Part shown: in pieces, positions 57,124 through 64,000 of the stretch
Layout of the letters: the number at the start of each line of letters is the position of its first letter
Numbering within the stretch: the stretch's first letter is position 1
From: Eledone cirrhosa
Lineage: Eukaryota
NCBI GenBank assembly: GCA_964016885.1
Contig: OZ024742.1
Coordinates: forward strand, 286,874,001-286,938,000
Reading direction: 5' to 3'
Length of the DNA stretch: 64,000 nucleotides
The notes under the pieces: generated by a model
The model's database searches: none
Told to the model about the DNA's origin: nothing
Seen by the model: the letters and a program-made list of their open reading frames with translations, nothing else
Program-made: the position numbers and the translations under genes

Positions 57124-57379
57124 GGAGGATATATTTCTTTAAAGAAAATGTAAAGGAAGGGGTGAACAACCGAGCAAAAGACAGCAGCGTTGTGAGGAGT
57201 ACTGGGCAACCTCTCTAATGATTTCTGAGGCAAGCCAGCACAATCGCAGCGTTGCTTCGGGTGATGGCGAGGCTAATGCGCTGGAACAACCAAGCGCACT
57301 CGCGAGATTCGTCAGATACTTCTATTAGGCGAGCCGCCAGTGAAGAGAGGAACCTCGCAGTCAGCGGCCCGACCCCCCT
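57121..57379 (-). mobile_element. 3' fragment of a CRE-like (restriction-like endonuclease) non-LTR retrotransposon with a 28-bp flanking duplication
   Basis: Encodes GGVGPLTARFLSSLAARLIEVSDESRECAWLFQRISLAITRSNAAIVLACLRNH*. ATTGGCAGTATCGCCGTCTTCAGAAATA occurs at 57096-57123 and 57380-57407. Confidence 0.8.
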
Positions 57380-57410
57380 ATTGGCAGTATCGCCGTCTTC
57401 AGAAATAAAG

Positions 57411-57544
57411 ATTATTTCTGAAGACGGCGAGTAGTGAAGACGTATGTATATTTCTTACTATGATATTTTGTAATATATTTTACATAGATCAATAATAGAA
57501 TGGACATACGGGGAACTACCCCCCAGAAACGATCGTAAAATAAT
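57411..57544 (+). ncRNA. Type I hammerhead with ~100-nt insert in stem II, intact core
   Basis: AUUAUUU (57411-17) - CUGAAGA (57418-24) - CGG...CCA - GAAAC (57526-30) - GAUC - GUA^ - AAAUAAU (57538-44). Perfect 7-bp stem I and palindromic stem III ACGAUCGU. Confidence 0.72.
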
Positions 57545-57790
57545 GAGTTTTACTATGAATTAACCGTTTTTTGTTTAATTTCATTGTTTTCACTATTTGT
57601 ATTTTTGACTCTGTATACAATGAATTATATCGTTGAAAATTTTGTATTTTAAACTTTGCTTCACGACATCTTCTCCATACGGATTACATTGAGTTTTTCA
57701 TACGGCTTAGACCCTACCATTAATTGGTGGATTTATCTGTGTTATCTGTATATAAATATATATATATAAAGAGTGATGCTATACAATAGT

Positions 57791-57914
57791 TTATAAAATA
57801 GGATGAAGATCCTTAGAAACGAAAAATGAAGTTGACATCGGATTTGTATATGTATATAACATTCTGTGTCAACTTTATTTTCCGTTTTTAATTATCTTTT
57901 CACCCTATTTTATA
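57791..57914. repeat. Degenerate inverted repeat
   Basis: TATAAAATAGGATGAAGA..AAACG.AAAAT.AAGTTGACA pairs with TGTCAACTTTATTTTCCGTTT..TCACCCTATTTTATA. Confidence 0.65.
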
Positions 57915-57948
57915 TATATATATATTCATTTTATTAAGGCTAAATAAT

Positions 57949-58146
57949 TGTTTCTACTTTTGCCACAAGACCAGCAATTACTCAGTACATTACTGGTACT
58001 TTATTTTATCGACCCCGTAAGAATGAAAGGCAAAGTTAACCTCGACAGGATTTGAAGTCGCCGAGGTTAACGTAAAGGGACGTAACTATGCTAGAAAGCA
58101 TGGCGTCCAACCCTCTACCGTTACTGCCAATTCACCGCCCGTGAAT
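57949..58146 (-). mobile_element. SINE with 15-bp TSD and a small internal inversion
   Basis: TSD TTAAGGCTAAATAAT at 57934-57948 and 58147-58161. Confidence 0.88.
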
Positions 58147-58166
58147 TTAAGGCTAAATAATCAGTC

Positions 58167-58212
58167 TTGTTACTCTGGAGTTTCGCCTGTTTATTACAAG
58201 GTCATCAGACAA
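58167..58212 (-). ncRNA. Type I hammerhead ribozyme, intact core
   Basis: Minus strand: UUGU-CUGAUGA-C CUUGU AAUAA ACAGG C-GAAAC-UCCAGA-GUA^-ACAA. Stem I 4 bp, stem II 5 bp after a C.C mismatch, near-palindromic stem III ACUC-CA-GAGU. Confidence 0.75.
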
Positions 58213-58464
58213 CAACGAACGTTTCAATACCAGACAGTATAAGTAAAGGATGACTCAAGGAGAGGCAGGGGTTTATTTAAGGAGTGGTAATTAAGATAGG
58301 GTGGACAGGGTGGTGTTGGAAGTGGGGGAGACTAGGGATATGTGAAAAAGAAGGTGATAATGAGTGGTAGTTGACATAGCCATAGAATTTTAACTGGTCA
58401 GTCGAAGGCAGGTGATGAATGCAAAGGTGGGTGTATACACCCACTTTCACATTCACTGACCAGT

Positions 58465-59439
<975 letters not shown>

Positions 59440-59642
59440 TATGTACACGTACATGCATATATGTATACAGACGTACCGTAGTATGTATATATATATACAT
59501 ACATGCACACATATATATATATATACGTATGAATTCACCGAACATTTATTATAATGCTCGGTGTGTTTGTAAACAAACATCCCGTATTAAGCCGTAGTGT
59601 CTAGCAACCATCGTTGCTCGTTTGTTCAACACTGACAAAGGA

Positions 59643-59685
59643 ACGCTGTGCTAGTTTCAATCTTATTAGCTATCGTCAGCAACGT
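59643..59685 (-). ncRNA. Degenerate minimal hammerhead, relative of the 14309 copy
   Basis: ACGUUG-CUGACGA-UAGC UAAUAA GAUU-GAAAC-UA-GCA-CAGCGU. Stem I 6 bp, but the triplet is GCA and stem II is mismatched. Shares AGGTATAC upstream and CAGTGTTGAACAAACG downstream with the 14.3-kb copy. Confidence 0.62.
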
Positions 59686-59717
59686 ATACCTTCCTGCCAT
59701 ATATTATATATATATAA

Positions 59718-59986
59718 GAGACGTTTGGGGGAATCGGGCCGCTGACTGCGAGGTTCCTCTCTTCACTGGCGGCTCGCCTAATAGAAGTATCTGACGAATC
59801 TTGCGAGGGCGCTTGGTTGTTCCAGCGCATAAGCCTCGCCATCACCCGAGGCAACGCTGCGAGTGTGCTGGCTTGCCTCAGAAATAATTAGAGAGGTTAC
59901 CCAGTACTCCTCACGATGCTGCTGTCTTTTGCTCGGTTGTTCACCCCTTCCTTTACATTTTCTTTAAAGAAATATATCCTCCTATA
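59718..59986 (+). mobile_element. Second CRE-like 3' fragment (RLE C-terminus plus 3' UTR)
   Basis: 59718-59891 reads ETFGGIGPLTARFLSSLAARLIEVSDESCEGAWLFQRISLAITRGNAASVLACLRNN*, matching the ET.G..G...LFQRIS.A..RGNAA motif. Nearly identical to 57121-57379 and ends AATATATCCTCCTATA. Confidence 0.82.
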
Positions 59987-60404
59987 GGAAAAAGAAGTTG
60001 AAAATGCAATTGGAGTCTTTAAGAAGATTTATTTACAATAACATAACTTTACCAGTTTCACAAGTTTCGTGATTTTGAAAGGTTTAGAAAGATGGAGAGA
60101 TGTGTGGTTATGCCGTTGCGTAACTTCTAACATCTAACTGGTGTTGGGAATTTCTTTCAGATTTATGCAAAAATAAAGTGGTTCAGATTGCTATATATTT
60201 GATGTATAATTTGATAGGTTGCGGATGATCACGTGATTAGATACAGAGTTTGGTGGTATTTTTGCGCCAAAAATCAGGAGTGTCATGGTTTAGTGATTAT
60301 GGACAGTGGCAATCCCAAATGAAATTCATGCGATTTTTCATGTGTTTAGTAGAAGTTAGTATTGTCTTTGTGACAATCCCCAAAATTCAAAAGTACAGGA
60401 AACT

Positions 60405-60444
<40 letters not shown>

Positions 60445-60569
60445 ACTATTTTTTTTGTTTCCTGCTACGTCCGAATAATAATGGCAGTAACAATAATAAC
60501 AACAACAATAATAGTAATTGTTATTATTATCATTAATATTACCGTCACTATCATAATGATAAACAATAA

Positions 60570-61383
60570 TAATTGTTTCTACTTTTGGCACAAGGCCAGT
60601 AATTACTCCAGTGTATTACTGGTACTTTATTTTATCGACCCCGTAAGGATGAAAGGCAAAGTTAACCTCGGCGGGATTTGAACTCAGACCATAAAGGGCC
60701 ATAACTCTTTGCTGCAAAATAATAATAATGATCCAATGAGCAAGAATTGTATGTTACTGTGTGTGTGTATTTACATGTCTGGAATATACTAAATAACTTA
60801 CTTTCGATTATATATATACAGACACACATATAGCTTTGAGTTTGATAACTTTGACAGGTTTCGGGGCATGTCTAACTTAATAGTTGTTTCTACATTTGGC
60901 ACAAGGCCAGCAATTATCCCAGTGTATTACTGGTACTTTATTTTATCGACCCCGTAAGGATGAAAGGCAAAGTTAACCTCGGCGGGATTTGAACTCAGAC
61001 CATAAAGGGCCATAACTCTTTGCTGCAAAATAATAATAATGATCCAATGAGCAAGAATTGTATGTTACTGTGTGTGTGTATTTACATGTCTGGAATATAC
61101 TAAATAACTTACTTTCGATTATATATATACAGACACACATATAGCTTTGAGTTTGATAACTTTGACAGGTTTCGGGACATGTCTAACTTAATAGTTGTTT
61201 CTACATTTGGCACAAGGCCAGCAATTATCCCAGTGTATTACTGGTACTTTATTTTATCGACCCCGTAAGGATGAAAGGCAAAGTTAACCTCGGCGGGATT
61301 TGAACTCAGAATGGCAAGGGCTGTAACTCTTTGCTGCAAAGCATGGCGTCTGACCCTCTACCAATACTGCCAATCCACCGCCT
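60570..61383 (-). mobile_element. Three SINE copies at 311-bp spacing (tandem duplication of SINE plus flank)
   Basis: GGCACAAGGCCAG at 60587, 60898 and 61209, with near-identical spacers. The third copy is full length with TSD ATGTCTAACTTAATAGT (61179-61195 and 61384-61400). Confidence 0.9.
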
Positions 61384-61474
61384 ATGTCTAACTTAATAGT
61401 ATCACCTGGCGAAGTCTTTCAAATCAGGATTTGGACACCATGTCCCACTCAATTAGAGAGTTATTGTTTACGGA

Positions 61475-61591
<117 letters not shown>

Positions 61592-62085
61592 ACTAGAGAT
61601 TGATTAACATATAAATAAACATGAATAATCACATGAGATAATTTTTACAAGTGTGTAACCACACATAGCTAGGTAGGTAACTAAATAAAGTTGACCAGAA
61701 CTTCAAAAATAGATACCTTATAATATGATTAATCTTCCCTGTATATATTCCATTAAAGAAATATATTTCACCAATTAATCAGATGGTAAACCACAGAAGT
61801 GGAGACTTGGATTTTCAACAAGGAAGAAGTTCCAGCAATCCGTGTTTACACTTCAAGTTCAAATCAGCGACTGGCCAGCACCACGTGTAGTATTTACTAG
61901 AAATACACACATCATACTAGCTTCGTCCCAGTGGCGTGAATAGGGTTATCGGTAACTATTATAAAATGCTCGGACCTACTCGTTAGAATCTTAGAGCTTA
62001 TTTTGCGGGTGATATGGCGCGTGTCTTTCTGGCATGACACCCATAATTTTGATTTAGATTAAATTCATTTGATTTATCTTAATTT

Positions 62086-62139
<54 letters not shown>

Positions 62140-62161
62140 CATACATACATACATACATACG

Positions 62162-62229
<68 letters not shown>

Positions 62230-62314
62230 ATATATATATGTGTGTGTTTGTGTGTCTGTCTGTTTTGTTTGTGTGTGTGTTTGTGAGTGAGTGAGTGAGT
62301 GAGTGAGTGAGTGA

Positions 62315-62405
<91 letters not shown>

Positions 62406-62800
62406 CCATTGTACATTTGTATGTCTATATGTACCAGTTTTACAGGTGGCTATGTAAATATATACTGTATATATATACAATTGTATATAGGCAAGAATGT
62501 ATGTCTGCATGTATACATGTATGTATATATGTATAGATGCATGTATGTAAGGAAATATATATGTATGTATGTGTGTGTGTGTGCATATGTGCATATGTAG
62601 ACATGCAGCTGTGGCAGAAATCTGATCACATGACCTACTGACCTGAACAGGAATGTCATAATGCCCCAATTTAATATGCACATATGTATGTAATTGCGCA
62701 GATGTTTCATCCCAACGCTGACAGCAACACCTACCCACCTCTTAACTCCCACTCTATCTCTTTCTTTCTCTATTTCTTTCAGACGATGTCAATGTACAGG

Positions 62801-62890
<90 letters not shown>

Positions 62891-62891
62891 C

Positions 62892-63057
<166 letters not shown>

Positions 63058-63161
63058 GTATACACACTCACACACACATATAGATATATATGTGTGTGTG
63101 GGTGGGTGTTTGTGAAGGTGGGTGTCTCTCTCTCTCTCTCTATATGTATATATACGCGTGA

Positions 63162-63205
<44 letters not shown>

Positions 63206-63292
63206 ATGATAATAAATGTAAAGACTAAAATCCAAAGAGGGCCCGACAAGGATAAATATATATCAAATATATAAGAACCCTAGAGCAAATAT

Positions 63293-63419
63293 TTATTAAA
63301 ATAACATTAAAGTGTAAGCAAAGAATCGGTGCTTCCACCCTTAACGGGATCTTCTGAAACTCCCGTTAAGGGTGGAAGCAGCGATTCTTTACTTAAACTT
63401 TAATCTATTATTTTAATTA

Positions 63420-63420
<1 letters not shown>
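63293..63420. repeat. Inverted repeat with ~55-bp arms
   Basis: AAAGAATCGGTGCTTCCACCCTTAACGGGA-TCTTCTGAAAC-TCCCGTTAAGGGTGGAAGCAGCGATTCTTT. Confidence 0.85.
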
Positions 63421-63463
<43 letters not shown>

Positions 63464-63470
<7 letters not shown>

Positions 63471-63889
63471 TTGGCGCTCTGAAATAGCGATATTATATGA
63501 ATGTATATATAGTGTATTTTGCAATACACTGTATGCTTAATTAAAAGCATTTCGAAGACCTTATGCTATTGTTTTAGAGTAGTGACAGTCTCACTTACTT
63601 TAAATTTTCAGCAAACAGGGGAGATAAAGCTGACAGAGCTATGTTTCGTACTTATTGGTACTTATCAAAGCCAAGTACTCCACCTGTTTGCTGAAAATCA
63701 TGAATGTTTGATTCTTATAGAATTTCTAGGAATAATTAGGAACTGATTATACAGAGCGGTTGCCGGTCAAGCAGAAATTGAAAATTAGAATTGGCGCTCT
63801 GAAATAGCGATATATATATGAATAGCATAAGGTCTTCGAAATGCTTTTAATTAAGCATACAGTGTATTGCAAAATACACTATATATACA

Positions 63890-63897
<8 letters not shown>
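63464..63897 (-). mobile_element. HHR-bearing element: 320-nt monomer, short direct repeat and inverted segment
   Basis: TTAGAATTGGCGCTCTGAAATAGCGATAT at 63465 and 63785 (period 320). 63496-63570 is inverted at 63821-63895. (TA)n on both sides. Confidence 0.8.
63628..63672 (-). ncRNA. Degenerate type I hammerhead at the tip of a hairpin
   Basis: GGCU-UUGAUAA-GUAC CAAUAA GUAC-GAAAC-AUAGCUCU-GUC^-AGCU. The core differs from CUGAUGA by two transitions. Flanks ATTTTCAGCAAACAGG and CCTGTTTGCTGAAAAT extend stem I (63604-63698). Confidence 0.65.
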
Positions 63898-63932
<35 letters not shown>

Positions 63933-64000
63933 ATACAAGGACGATTTGTTAAGCCTTCATTACGTCTATTGATTGGTGACGCGCGTTTCGCTATTGATCA

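Larger units (their letters stand above)
56905..57602. repeat. Long inverted repeat (~180-bp outer arms) interrupted by a CRE-like insertion
   Basis: 56905-57082 is the reverse complement of 57431-57602. The central hairpin is TCGCCGTCTTCAGAAATAA-AGA-TTATTTCTGAAGACGGCGA (57390-57430). Confidence 0.92.

Noticed and set aside
61780-62800. Possible host-gene exons (non-repetitive patch at 61780-62040; pyrimidine tract plus CAG at 62752-62782)
   Set aside because: No recognisable peptide and no convincing donor-acceptor pair; RNA-seq would be needed.

Overview
Eukaryotic, gene-poor, repeat-dominated DNA. The SINE content and extreme (TA)n load suggest an invertebrate, most likely an octopus or other cephalopod (inference). 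I see no intact protein-coding gene, and almost all listed ORFs are microsatellite artefacts. About 36 kb (17879-54190) is one satellite array of an 80-bp unit made of two related 36-bp and 44-bp halves, with local multi-unit duplications. The flanks carry many tRNA-derived SINEs (several with clear target-site duplications), a decayed Penelope-like GIY-YIG endonuclease ORF, two 3' fragments of a CRE-like non-LTR element and a decayed mariner. The main hidden signal is a dense set of type I hammerhead ribozyme (HHR) motifs in short non-coding islands, most bounded by (TA)n. Five have intact CUGANGA/GAAA/NUH cores and about seven more are degenerate. They are associated with ~320-nt partial tandem repeats and fold-back inversions. 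One variant carries a ~100-nt insert in stem II. Two copies that otherwise share only short motifs have an octamer (ATGCAAAT) exactly 43 nt upstream of a TATA box, ahead of the ribozyme. This points to non-autonomous, ribozyme-processed Penelope-derived or retrozyme-like elements, possibly with their own promoter. All pairings were read by eye; no folding or database search was run.
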